A stretch of 61,689 nucleotides of DNA from Vicugna vicugna. Taxonomy: Eukaryota. Positions within the stretch are counted from its first letter, which is position 1; each line of letters starts with the position of its first letter. The notes below the pieces were generated by a model. It was given only the letters and a program-made list of their open reading frames with translations. It had not been told where the DNA came from and did not search any database. Of the stretch, positions 23,710-36,037 are shown piece after piece. The translations under genes were made by a program, and so were the position numbers. The stretch spans positions 744,001-805,689 of the forward strand of contig MU057503.1 of assembly GCA_013265495.1 (NCBI GenBank), in the 5' to 3' direction.

Positions 23710-26645
23710 ATTTTCTCAGCTTTATTGAGGTAAAACTGATGAATAAAATTGTAATATATTTAAAGTACACAATATAATGATTTGCTCTATCTATACGTTG
23801 TGAAAGGGTTCCTATAATCAAGTTCATTAACATGTTTATCACCTCACACAGTTACCCTGGTTTTTGTTTTTTGTTTTTTTTTTTTTTGGTGAGAACATTT
23901 AAGTTCTAGTCTCTCAGCTGATTTCAATCTTACAATACAGTATTATCAACTTGAGTCATTGTGTTAAACATTAGATCTTCAGGCCTTATTTATTGTGTAA
24001 CTGAAAATTTATACATTTTGACCAACATCTCCTCATTTCTTCCACCCCCAGCCCCTGGCAACCACTGTTCTGCTCTCTTCTTCAATTCAACTTTTTTTTT
24101 GGCTCCACATATAAGTGATGCCATGCAGCATTTGTCCTTTTCATTTAACATAATTCCTTCTAGGTTCATTCATGTTGTCCCAAATGGCAGGATTTCCTTC
24201 TTTTTATGGCTGAATAATATTCCATTGTGTATATATACATTTTTTTAAACTATTCATCTACTAACAGACACTCAGGTTGTGTCTGCATCTTGGCTATTGT
24301 GAATAATGCTGCAGTGAACATTGGAGTACTGCTGTCTCTTTGAGATAATGGCTTTATTTCCTTTGGATATGTACCTTGAAGTGAGATTGCTGGATCATGT
24401 GGTAATTCTACTTACAATTCTTTTTTTTTCTACTTATAATTGTTGAGGAACCTCCGTACTGTTTCCCATAGTGGCTCTACCAGCTTGCATTCCCACCAAC
24501 AGTGCACGAGGGTTCTCTTTTTCCACATCCTTGTCAGTGTTTGTTGTCTCTTGTCCTTTTGATAATTAGCCAGTCTAACAGTTGTCAAGTTACATCTCAC
24601 TGTGGTTTTAATTTGTGTTTCTCTGATGATTAGTTATGTTGAGCACCTTTTCCTGTGTCTGTTGGCCATTTGTATGTCTTCTTTGGAAAAATGTCTGTCC
24701 AGGTCCTTTGACTATTTTAAAATCAGGTTTTTTTAGCTAATTAGTTGTGAGAGTTCCGTATATACTTCGGATATTAACACCTTATTGGCTATGTGGTGTG
24801 CAAGTGTTTTCTCCCATTCTATAAGTTGCCTTTTGACTTTGTCGATGGTTTCCTTTGCTGTACAAAAGCTTTTTAGTGTGATAGAGTCCCACTTGTTTGT
24901 TTTTGCTTTTGTTGCCTTTGTTTTTGGTGTCAGATCCAAAAGTCATTGCCTAGAACGATGACGAGTTTATCCCCTGTGTTTTCTTCGGGGATTTTTACAG
25001 TTTTAGGTCTTACATTCAGTTCAAGTCTTTTAACCCATTTTGAGTTGATTTTTGTTTATGGTGTAAGATAGGGGTCCAGTTTCATTCTTTCTGCATGTGG
25101 ATGTCCCATTTTCCCAATACCATTCACTGAAGAAACTGTCCTTTCCCCATTGTAATTCTTGGCTCATTTAAAAAAAAATTAATAGAGTATATATGCATGG
25201 GTCTATTCCTGGGTTCTCTATTCTGTTCCGTGATATATGTATCTGTTTTTTTGCCCCTATCATAATGTTTTGATTGTTACTCATTTGTAATATAGTTTGA
25301 TATCAAGAAATGTGATACCTCCAGCTTTGTTCTTGCTCCAGGTTGCTTTGATTAATCAGGATCTTTTGTAGTTCCAAACATATTTTAGGATTGTTCGTTC
25401 TATTTCTGTGAGGAATGCCATTGAAATTTTCAGAGGAATTGCATTGAATCTGTATATCACTTTGTGTTGTATGGACATTTTAACAATACTGAATCTTCAG
25501 ATCCATAAACATGGGATATCTTTTCATTTCTTTGAGTCTTCTTCAGTTTCTTTCATCAACGTCTTATAGTTTTCAGTGTACAGTTCTTCTGTGTCCTTCT
25601 TTAAATTTATTCATAGGTATTTTATTCTTTGCAGTTGCTATTGGAATCATTTTCCTAATGTCTCTTTCTGATGGCTCATTGTTAGAAATGCAACTAGTTT
25701 TTGTATATCGATTTTGTATCCTCCAACTTCGGTGAACTTGTTTGCTAGTTCTAAGAGGTTTTTTTTGGGCAGAGTTTGTAGGGTTCTCTATATGTAATGT
25801 CATATCATCTGCAAATAGAGACAGTTTACTCCTTTCTTTCAGATTTGGACACCTTTTATTTATTTATTTTTCTTGCCTGATTAGTCTGCCTAGCACTTCC
25901 AGTATTACGTGAATAAAAGTGATGGAAGTGGGCATCCCTGTCTTGCTCCTGATCTTAGAGGAAAAGATTTTAGCTTTTCTCTGTTGAGGATGATGTTAGC
26001 TGTGGGCTTGTCATATATGGCCTTTATTATGTTGAGGTGTGTTCCCACCAACCCATTTTGTTGACAGTTTTATTTTGTGAATGAATAGATGTTAAATTTT
26101 GTCAAGTGCTTTTTATTCATCTATTGAGATGATATATGATATTTTGCCTTGATTTTCTTAATCACATTTATCACATTTATTGACTTGTATAGGTTGAATC
26201 ATCCGTGCATCCCAGGAATAAATCCCACTTGATCATGTTGTATGATCCTGGCCTGCTGAGTTCACTTTGTCAGTATTTTGTTGAGGATTTTTGTACCTAA
26301 ATTCATTGGAAACATCAGAAACAAATTTCCTTTTCTTGTCGATTCTTTGTCTGGTTTTGGTGTCAGGGCAATGCTGGCCACGTAAAATGAGTTTGGAAGT
26401 GTTCCCTCTTCATCAATTTTTGGGAAGAGTTTGAGAAGGATTGATATTAATTATTCTTTAAATGTTTGGTTGAATTCACCAGTGAAGCCATCTGGTCCTG
26501 GACTTCAGTTTGTGGGGAGGGTTTTTGATTAGTGATCCAATCTCCTTTCTAGGAGCTGGTCTATCCAGATGTTCTATTTCTTCAGGATTCAGTCTTGGTA
26601 GGTTGTATGTTTCTAGGAATTTATCCACTCCTTCTAGGTAATTTT
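23710..26645 (-). mobile_element. L1 (L1MA8/9-like), ~2.9 kb, 5'-truncated, ORF2 decayed
   Basis: ORF pieces DLTPKTKATKAKTNKWDSITLKSFCTAKETI (24733-24939) and DKFLETYNLPRLNPEEIEHL (26476-26673) match L1 ORF2. The 3'UTR starts with ctttattgaggt. Confidence 0.92.
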
Positions 26646-28170
26646 TTGTTGTTCTTAAAAGCACAGCAAACAAAATAGGTTTCCCGTGAGACTATGAAAC
26701 AGACTGAATCTGATTATAGAAGTTAGGATTATTTACCTCCAAGGTCAGTGCTCTTTCTTTGATACAAAACACCTCCCTCCAAATGAGAACAAAGTATGCC
26801 TCAAACAAAAACAAACACTTCCCTCCCAAAAAACCCAAAACAACAACACGAACAAAACACTTACCAACAATAGCAAAAATACCTGATACAGTTCAATAGT
26901 TTCCTTGTAGATACGTTACATATTTTTCAGTTCTGTATTACAAGTTTCATCTTATTTCACTTTGACCTTGTATATTTTCAGATGATGCTTCAGTCAGCTG
27001 TACTCAGTGGGTCTTTGATTTTTCTTAGCATGAGACATTTCTGTAATTTACAGACTACTAGGGAAGTTACATTTGTTTCCTTTTGCCTAATGGATAGTGA
27101 ATCTTCTTTGTCTTACACATAGACTTTTAGAATTTTAAAACTTAAGTGGACTTAATTTTGTAGATAAGAAATCAAGGCTCAGTGAATTAAGTGGCTTGCC
27201 TAAACTTACACAGTCTAGCAAGAGAACTGGTAAATAGGGAAACCCAGCCAGAAACGTGTGGAGGTCATTTAGAAGGCATTTTACTCTGCTGACAGAGAAG
27301 CATCTGAGCAAGAATTCAGGACATTTAAGATGTATTTAGATGACAGAAACTCAGCATGCATGGTTTGGTTTCTGTCTACCCCCAAACATGAATATTTCTG
27401 TCCAACTTTGTACAAAATTAATACCTGCCCAGGTCTTTGACCAGGATTAAAATCCTAGCTCTGTCCCTCTCCGTTGAAAAGCAAGTTAATTAATATATTA
27501 AGCTTTCTATTTTCTCATCAATAAAATAGAGAGAGTGATTTTTACTCCATAAGATAACAGTGAGACTAACATATAACGTGTGATTTTTTTTTTCATTGTG
27601 GGTGGCATGTTATACATGCTTAATGAGTGAGTTTTCTTTTTCTGGTCTTGCCTGCACATATGAAGACTGTGTGAAAGTATGCCCAATTCCATACCATTAT
27701 GATAGGAAAAATAACTGGTCTGAAGAGGGTAACCTGAAATGTTAGGTCAGAGAATAAAAGAATAAAGAAGGCACATCTTGAACCTATAGAAAGCGAAGTG
27801 TTCTGTGATGTTTCCATGGCTGGTCTTTGAAGTAATTTCATGCATTTAATTAGGGTGGATTTTTAAAAAGTAGTTTAGACAAGTGAATAGGAAAAGAGTG
27901 CATCTTGCTGATCATCAGGGTGCTATAGAACACAAAGAAGTAAAAGCGACATTATTTTAATTGAAGGGAGGCATGTTAGCAGAAATGGAGGTGGTTTTTT
28001 AAAATAAATAAAACAACCCAAGTTTTAAAATTTGTAAACTAGCAATAGTTAAGACTTCGATATCAGACAAGTGTGGGGTCACATTGTAGCTTTTTCCCAT
28101 GCTGTGGTCCGTGCGCAGGTAGCTAGCTAACTACTCTCTGAATTATATCTGTATATAATGGTAACATCTG

Positions 28171-28250
28171 TGAGGGTGAATCATATGAAATTGCTGTTTT
28201 TGTGTGTCAGAACTCATCCAACAACGGATAATTCACATGATTTAACCTAG
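28171..28250. mobile_element. MADE2-like mariner MITE (80 bp) inside a MIR
   Basis: Imperfect palindrome: tgagggtgaatcatatgaaattgc...ataattcacatgatttaacctag. Confidence 0.75.
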
Positions 28251-28284
28251 CTGTGGGAATAAAAAGATCACATACGAATGTTTA

Positions 28285-29954
28285 GGACTTCCTACTTCCG
28301 ATCAAGTATTTAAGAATCTTAGAAGTCGCCACTCTGTCCTAACAACAAGAAACAAGCTGACCAAGCCAAAAAAATCAACAGTTCTTAGAGCTGGAAGAAA
28401 GGTGAGGTCGCAGAGCAAAGCACTGCCCCTAAAACTGGAGAGACAGAGAGGTGAGTGCAGAGAATCACAACTTAGGGGAGCAGAGCCCCAGAAGCAGAAA
28501 ACCCTGAGGGGACCAGGGCCAGGGTGGGAAAACCTGAACTGTAATTGATGAATTGCTGGAAATTCTTCTGTGAAAAACTTTGGAAGTTAAAAACTCCAAG
28601 GGGGCCCCCTTACTGGAGCGACCCTGAACTTTTGTGAGCTTTACTTCCAGGGGTTTGACCTGGTTCTCACAGTGAATATCAGAGAAGAAATGGTAAAACT
28701 CCTAGAAGATAACCTAGGAGAAAATGTAGATGAGTTTGGGTGTGGCGGTAACTTTTTAGATACAACACCAAAGGCACAATCAGCAAAAGAAATACTTGAG
28801 AAGCTGGACTTCACTAAAATGAAAAACTTTTGTTCTATGAAAGACAATGCCAAGAGAATGAGAAAAAAAGCCACAGACTGGGAAAAAATATGTGCAAAAG
28901 ACACATCTGATAAGGGGCTGTTATTCAAAACATACAAAGAACTTTTAAAACACAATAATAAGAAACCAAACAACCAGATTTAAAAAATGGGCCGAAGATC
29001 TTAACAGACAACCTCGGCAAAGAAGACATACAGATGGCAGATAAGCATGTGAAAGATCCTCGACGCCTCAGCATCATCAGGAAGATACAAATTAAAACAA
29101 CAATGAGAAACCACTTCATTTTATTAGAATATGGACCATCGAATGCTGGCAAGGATGTGGAGCAGCAGGAACTCTCACTGATTGCTAGTGGGAATGCAAA
29201 ATGTCCCAGCCACTTTGGAAGACAGTTGAGTGGTTTCCTACAAAACTAAACATACCATTACCATGTGATCCAGGAGTTGTGCGCCTTGATATTTACCCAG
29301 AGAAGCTGGAAACATTTTCACACCGAAAGCTGCACGTGAATATTTATAGCAGCTTATTCATAATTGACAAAACTTGGGAGCAACCAAGATGTGGTCAGTA
29401 GGTGAATGAATGAATACTCTGTGGTACATCCAGACATTATTCAGGGCTAAGAAGAAATTAGCTATCAAGCCATGAAAAGACATGGAGGAAAGTTAAATGC
29501 CTATTATTAAGTGAAAGAAGTCAATCTGAAGAGGCTTCGTACTGTATGATTCCAACTATATGACATTCTGGAAGAGGCAAAACTATAGAGACAGTAAAAA
29601 GATCAGTGGTTGTGGGGGTTAGAGGAAGGGAGAGACGAGTGGGTGGAGCACAGAGGATTTTTAGGGCAATGAAACTACTCTGTATGTAATTCTAATGGTG
29701 GATACGTGTCATTATACATTTGTCCAAACTTAGAAAATATACAACACCAAGAGTGCCTGTGGACTTTGGGTGATGATGACGTGTCAGTTTAGGTTCATCA
29801 GCTGTAACAGAGGTATCTCTCTGGAGGGGCTGACAGTGGGGGTCTCTATGCATGTTCAGAGGCGGCATGTATTTGGGAAATCTTTATACCTTCCTCTCCG
29901 TTTTGCTATAAACTTAAAACTGCTGAAAAAATAAAATCCATTATAAGGAAAAAA
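28285..29954 (+). mobile_element. L1MC1-like element: ~400 bp of 5'UTR-like sequence joined to the ORF2 C-terminus and 3'UTR
   Basis: The ORF at 28672-28983 (KLLEDNLGEN...DFTKMKNFCS...ATDWEKI) is the L1 ORF2 C-terminal region. The 3'UTR (acaacaccaagagtg...ggactttgggtgatgatg) ends with AATAAA at 29930. 28285-28690 resembles the L1MC-type 5' end. Confidence 0.8.
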
Positions 29955-31745
29955 GTATATCAATTTATTGCCGCAATTATAGGCATCATCTATGTTCAAT
30001 AAATAATTGTTATTACTATGTTAATGCATCTAACAATAAGAGAATAAAAATTACAGTATGGGTTTCCTATACAGTGGAGTAACATAAAACCATTAAAAAT
30101 TATGATTATGGAAAATAAGGATAGAAACAAACAAAAAGGATAGAAAAAGTATTCATGATAAAATGTTTAATCAGAATAATGTGTACCAAAAATTCAGCAC
30201 AATTTCATCTCAATTTTGAAACATACACCAGTACGTTTGCCTACTTATGTGGAAGAGAGACTGGAAGAAAATACATGCACATGTTGAACATGATTATCTC
30301 TGGATAAGTGATGCTATCTTTTTTGCATGGTTTCTTCCCATTTACTGTGAGCTCAGACTGCTTTCCTAATCAATGAAGATATGTACTCTTCCTTCCTGTT
30401 CCCCCCAAAACAAGAAAAACACCCACAAGAGTTCTTGCCACATGTAGGACACCATCCTATTTGATAAATGCTATTTTGTTACCCAATTAAAACATTTAAA
30501 AATGAGTGCTTTAGATATTGAATTTTTTTTTGTCGTTCTACATTTCCTTTTGGACAATATGTTTTTTGTGTGTGTTAAGAAGGACAGAATTGAAACAAAA
30601 CTAAAAGGGATCATTAAGGAAGAGTTAGAGAAAAATTTAGGCTTTTAAAATCTGGAACAAAGGCATATAATATAAGAAAGAAGTGGTCATTATTAGACAT
30701 GGAATTAGCAGGCAACAACAAGGACTTTTTAACTCTATTTGTATTTCCTTTGAGAATTTCACTTTTCCAGTTTTGTGTAGCCTCTCTGCAATCATGCTTT
30801 TGGGGCAACTTAGGGATGAGACACAACACACCTGAGGGATATAATTTCAGGAAGCTCCTTTGGATGTTTCCAGCCGGCTTGTCTGACACTTACGTCTGCC
30901 TTATCAAGAACATTGTGATGGTAACAGATCGTATGTGTACAGTGCTTACGTTTGCAAACTGCCTTGTCAGTTCTTATTTCATTGTGATCCTGTGAAATAA
31001 ACAGAGCGTGGATTATCTCATCCATCTTGCAGGATAAAAAAAGATGGGGACATTAAAAGAGTTCTCTTGTGTGCCACAACTAGAGCACAGTAAGGATCAG
31101 AACCTAGACTCCTCCCTCCAAACCTGGGCACATCCGCCCCAGCGGTGCAGGGCATTGTTAGGGTCTCTGGTAACATAAACAGGAACACAGGGGAAAGAGT
31201 GAAAAATGAAAACGTGAGTAAGGGTAAGTGAAAATTTTAATACTTGACCCCGTTTTATATTACCTCCTGTCTCTGAGAATGTGTTAGTTTGAGGTGGTAA
31301 CGGAATACAGATATTCAGGTCCTGATCGGTTCCTCATGTGTAGATGTGCAGTGCTTGGTGTTTAAAGCCACGTGGGGAGCAGGCAGGTAATGGGAAGAGC
31401 TTCATGTGTGATGCTAGCCGTGCCTCCTGCCGTGGTGCTGCTGCAGTCAGAGGTCTGGCGGATTTCCCTTCGCGTTCTTACAGAGATGCAGACCTATATA
31501 CGGAATTGATTTTCAGAAAAGAATGTTCACCAGTATTGTGAAAACACTTTACTCTCAAAGTACTTCCAACATTAACCCTTTTCCACTGAAATCAGCCCTT
31601 CCAGAGGGACTGTTAAATAATAGAGCTCTGGACATGCGGTCAGGACAGCTAAGGTCTTGGCCAGTGTCTGGGACACCCTAGACAAAGGATGGAAGCTCAC
31701 TTGGCCCGCGTTGCCTTTTCTGCAAAGTGAAGGGTTTGAATTAGA

Positions 31746-31875
31746 CTAGTGGTTCTTGACTCAGGGTGTATAACATAGAACCTAATAGCTTTTTACAAAT
31801 GCTGTTGTTTGACCCAGCCTCCAGAGATTCTGACTTAACGGATGTGGGCGAATCTCTGCAGGTAATGCTGACACC
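31746..31875. mobile_element. MER5-like hAT-Charlie MITE fragment
   Basis: tagtggttcttgactc...ctccagagattctgacttaa. Confidence 0.55.
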
Positions 31876-32043
31876 AAGCAGGTGTAAGAGCCCCCAGGTT
31901 GGGTGCTCCCTGAGATGCCGCTAGCTCTGGGAGTCCAGGATACCGTGGTTGTATTTCTCCTTCCCGTAGCAAACCAGGTGGCACAGGATTCTCCCTCTCC
32001 CTCTCCTCCACTCCTAGAATAACCTTCTGACCTGGACTTAAAG

Positions 32044-32228
32044 CAGTGCTTTTCAAACTGTAGTGGTGACTTGTAGTAAGGAGCTAGTTAAAAATGCAGA
32101 TTCCTAGGAGCCACCCCATGAATTTCTGGTGACGCTGACCTGGGGCATTGCTCAGGAATCTGTGTTTTTCATAGGCACGCAGGTGATCCTGAGAACATTG
32201 GCTGAGAACCATACTTTAAGATACACTG
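32044..32228. mobile_element. MER5-like hAT-Charlie MITE
   Basis: cagtgcttttcaaactg...ttaaaaatgcagattcctagg...caggaatctgtgttttt...accatactttaagatacactg. Confidence 0.7.
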
Positions 32229-32459
32229 TCAAGGGTATAATTTGTAATCCGAAGGATGGGATTTTGCCTGGAGAACTTCGGGATTCTGGAATTCAACTCC
32301 CAGCTAAATGATGGAGTAGGTGCAGTGACTCAAGATCTTGAGGTTCAGAGCTCTGAGCGTCCTCTTCATTTGAGCTGCAGTCATGTAGCCAGGGTCCTGA
32401 CTCCCATTACAACCGTCTCTGAATGGGTAAGAGAGGGAGGATGAGAATCCAGATTAGAC

Positions 32460-32990
32460 AAATAATTTTTCAGTGGAAGAATGGGTGAAAGACACAGACA
32501 GGCAACTCGTAGAGGAACAAACCCAGTGTTGACTAGGCACTCATCATATCAGAACAATAAAAATGAATAAGAGATACCATTTTTCATCTATCAAATTGGC
32601 CCACATTTAAAAAAAACTGATCGTATCGAGTGAATGCGAGGAAGTGGCACTGTCAGGCGTTTATGGGGGGAGGATAGAGTGAATGAGCCAGTTTAGGAGG
32701 CAGGTTGACTGTATCTATTGCATATGTTTATGCTTTACAATGCTCAAGTGTAACTGCACCTCTCAGTGTTAACCTGAGAAATACTGGCATATAAACAAAA
32801 GTATATTCAAGAATGACTTTAAAATTAAAAAAATGGAAACCACCAAATGTCTGTAAATGTCTGTAAAATCTAAATAAATTGCATGTAGTCTTAGTAAATG
32901 TTATGCAGCACTTGGAAGAAATGAAATAGATTTATATGGACTAACTTGGGTAGCTCTCCAAGACTTAGTGCTGAGTGAAAACCTAGTTAC
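32460..32990 (+). mobile_element. L1ME-like fragment, resuming after the MLT1 at about 33640
   Basis: gagataccatttttcatctatcaaattggc...tggaaaccaccaaatgtc...ctctccaagacttagtgctgagtgaaaa. Confidence 0.65.
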
Positions 32991-32999
32991 CGAATGCAC

Positions 33000-33637
33000 C
33001 GTGGGAACTTGTATCCAAGGTGGCGCCATCAATTCTTCCCTCTGTGTGCACAGGCCATTCCTCCAGCAAGAGATTGTGTCTCTTCCTGCCCTCCCTTTGA
33101 ATCTGGGATGGTCTTAGTAACTTCCTTAAGCAGTGGAATGTGGTAGAGTTGATTCTGAGGCTTCTGGGGTTACATTGTAAGAAGCAATGCAGCTCCCTTC
33201 TGGGTCTTTTGGAGCTAGTTATTATAACGCTTGCTCTGGGAGAAGTCATCTGCTGTGTAAGAAGTGCAGTTGTCCTGAAAATGGTGTGTGTGGGGCAGGG
33301 AAGATGCCCCAGCCCTCACTGTTTCACCCACTCTAGCCATCTAATCCGAGACAACAGACGTGTGTGTGAAGCTGCCATCTTGGACATTGCAGTCCCAGCA
33401 GATGGCGTGCAGAGAAAAACCAAGGGGCTGCACATGTGGCCCAGTCAGGCTGTCCCAGCCATTCCTAGTCTTGAGCCACCCTGGCCGAGGCCAGAGACAT
33501 GTGAACCAAGGTGAGCCATCTCTGTTGTGCCCTGCCCTAATTTCTGACTCACAGAATTATGAGAATAATAAGTGTTAGTTGTTTTCCACTAGTAAGTTTT
33601 TGTGTGACTTGTTACCACCAATAGGATGACCAGAATA
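33000..33637 (+). mobile_element. MLT1G/H-like MaLR LTR
   Basis: cctccctttgaatctgggatgg...gctgccatcttggac...tttctgactcacagaattatgagaataataagtgttagttgtttt. Confidence 0.75.
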
Positions 33638-33691
33638 TTCACAATATAATACAGTAATGTGTTAGAAAAACATACATAATATTACCAGATA

Positions 33692-33719
33692 GTGTGTGTG
33701 TGTGTGTGTGTGTGTGTGT
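33692..33719. repeat. (GT)14 microsatellite
   Basis: Direct reading. Confidence 0.97.
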
Positions 33720-34404
33720 CTGTGATCTAGAAGGACAAACACTAAACAGATGACAGTATTTATGTCTGAGTCAGAAAGGAAGTCAAGCAGGATTCAACAT
33801 GATGGTCCTTCAAAAGGGTTCAGCCAGGAAAACAGAAGTTACTGTGTGGATTCAAGGAGGAGGGGTTTGAATTCAGGTGGTCAGATGTTGCAAAAAGGGC
33901 AGGAAAAGAGAAGGTGAGGAAAGCTGACATGAAAGCTCAAGTGCATCAGGACCTTTCAGAGAGTGAGGGAGTTGAAGGAATTGCAGGGAAGAACTTGGGA
34001 TGCTCCCCTGTGCCCGGAGCGCCAGCAGACACGCTTGGAGGCTGCTGCGACGCCTCAGTCACAGAATATCTGCCGCCCTGCGCGGCGGTAAGGATGGTTC
34101 TGTCTCCCTTCTGCCTGCCAGACCTCGACTGAATGCCTCCCAGTGATGAACTTTAACTCACAATCCTGTTGGCAAGGGTTCCAGGAAACAGCACAGAGAA
34201 CGTAGGGGGTTGTGCTCAGATGCCAGCAGAAGACCCTGCTCTGAAAAAACTGTGAAACGCTGGCCTTCTAAGGCGTGTATAATTAAACGTTGCTTCAGCT
34301 GGTAGCTCGTTTAAGGAGGCGTAGATATGACACTTAAGCTCGTTAAAAGAACTAGGTATTTTCAGCATTTATTTTTGCATCTTTCCCCCTTTGACAGTAA
34401 GTAG

Positions 34405-34993
34405 TGAGGTGGCAAGGCAGACCCTGAAGGTGGTCCCATGATCCCCACCTCCCAGTCAGTATCCCCTCTCTGTGTCTTTACCCTCCTCCTGAGTTTGGGA
34501 GGCACCTGTGACTTGGTTCTAAATGTTGGGGCAAAGGTGATGGAGGTGCGTGATTATGAGTTAGTGATCATGTGATTACTTCGCATAAATCTGTGGCTCT
34601 GGTCTTGCTGGGTTCTCTCTCCCTAGCTGCCTGTGAGGAAGGAAGTAGCCATGTTGAGGAACCCATGTGGCAAGAAACTCGGCAGGCTCTGGGACCTGAG
34701 AGCAGCCTCTGGCCAACAGCCAGCAAAGCCCGGCAGCTCTCAGTCCGGCGATCACAGGGACCCAGAATGCTGACAACCATGCGAGTGGGGAGGGGGACCC
34801 TCCCACAGCCAGACCTCCAGCTGAGAACCCAGCCCTGGCCAATAACTCGGCTGCAGCCTTGGAGGACCCCAACCAGGGCACCCTAAGCAGAGCCATGCCC
34901 AGATTCCTACCCGAGAAAGTGTGAGATAACGCATGTTGTTTTAAGCCACTAGGTGTGTGGTACTGTTGTTATGCAGCAAAAGAAAACAAACAC
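34405..34993 (+). mobile_element. MLT1E/F-like MaLR LTR
   Basis: aaggtggtcccatgatccccacctcc...gccaacagccagcaa...tgttgttttaagccactagg...gttatgcagcaaaagaaaacaaacaca. Confidence 0.8.
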
Positions 34994-35280
34994 AGTGACT
35001 TTTTCTACCTCGGGTTTTCCTAAAATTGTAAGAAGGAATTTAAGCTTCCAGAATATTCAGTGTATAGATTGATGCTCACTTGATTCAGTTCATGTCTTAG
35101 GGTCACAAACTGGAGGACGGTGAGGCGCCTTTAGAGCAGAGTAGGTGTCCACAGGAAGAGGCTCGCACACAAGTGGCTGTCTCCCCTCTTCCTTCCCTTT
35201 GAGCGCACTGTACGCACGACACTACAGGGGAATTAAGGTGATTGTATCTCGCTTGAGGAAGGTAATCCGCCCCAATGGAC

Positions 35281-36037
35281 CAGTGGTTTAAAGAGATTCT
35301 TTCAAAGAACGTAAGAAACTACAAGGTAACACTAACGTACAAGCGTAAGTCATCTGCGAGAAAACGGTAGTGCGGGTGGTTTCTATTCGTGTGAACTTTT
35401 TTTCACATTATGAGATGAAAAACCAGGATAGTATAATCTTACATAATAAAATGTAAAATTATTAAGCGCGTTACTTGAAATATGAATGGATGCAAAAGCA
35501 CGTTTTTATGGGGCTACTTCTTTAGCTGTTAAAACTAAGTAACCAAATAAACTCAAACCTTCGAACTGCAGTAATCTGAGGGAAAAAAGGATGTGAGAAC
35601 ATGAAGTTGTTTTGGGGACACTAAAAAGATGTGGCATCATTTAAAATATTTTATCTTTCAGGTGTTTAAAAATTCTATTCTTGTGTGTGTGTTTTGAAAT
35701 GTTCCCAAATATTTGTAATTTATAAATAATTACAATCATGGAGGTAAGAGTTCAATCATATTGGTATTATAAAACATTATTATAATAATATTTAGAGAGA
35801 CCAAAAAATATTTTTGTGCCCTTATAAAGGAAATAAAACATATGATCACCAAAACATATTTTTATTTCATCTTTGTTTCATGATATTTATTTTTGTATTT
35901 GAGTATGTTTTTAAATGTAAATAAATATTAATATATATGCATATTTATAATTTGTAAACATGCATATCTGTATATTAGTTTTATGTGCCTATATATTTTT
36001 GCTGCTGGGGTACAAAGTCAGTTAGTTTGAAGATCTG
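35281..36037 (+). mobile_element. Decayed hAT-Charlie DNA transposon fragment
   Basis: Starts cagtggttt and ends agtttgaagatctg-ccctag. From 35525 it reads AVKTK*PNKL, resembling the Charlie transposase C-terminal KTKYRNKL motif. The body is AT-rich. Confidence 0.45.

Noticed and set aside
28672..29401. Three consecutive plus-strand ORFs
   Set aside because: They are frameshifted remnants of L1 ORF2, not a host gene.
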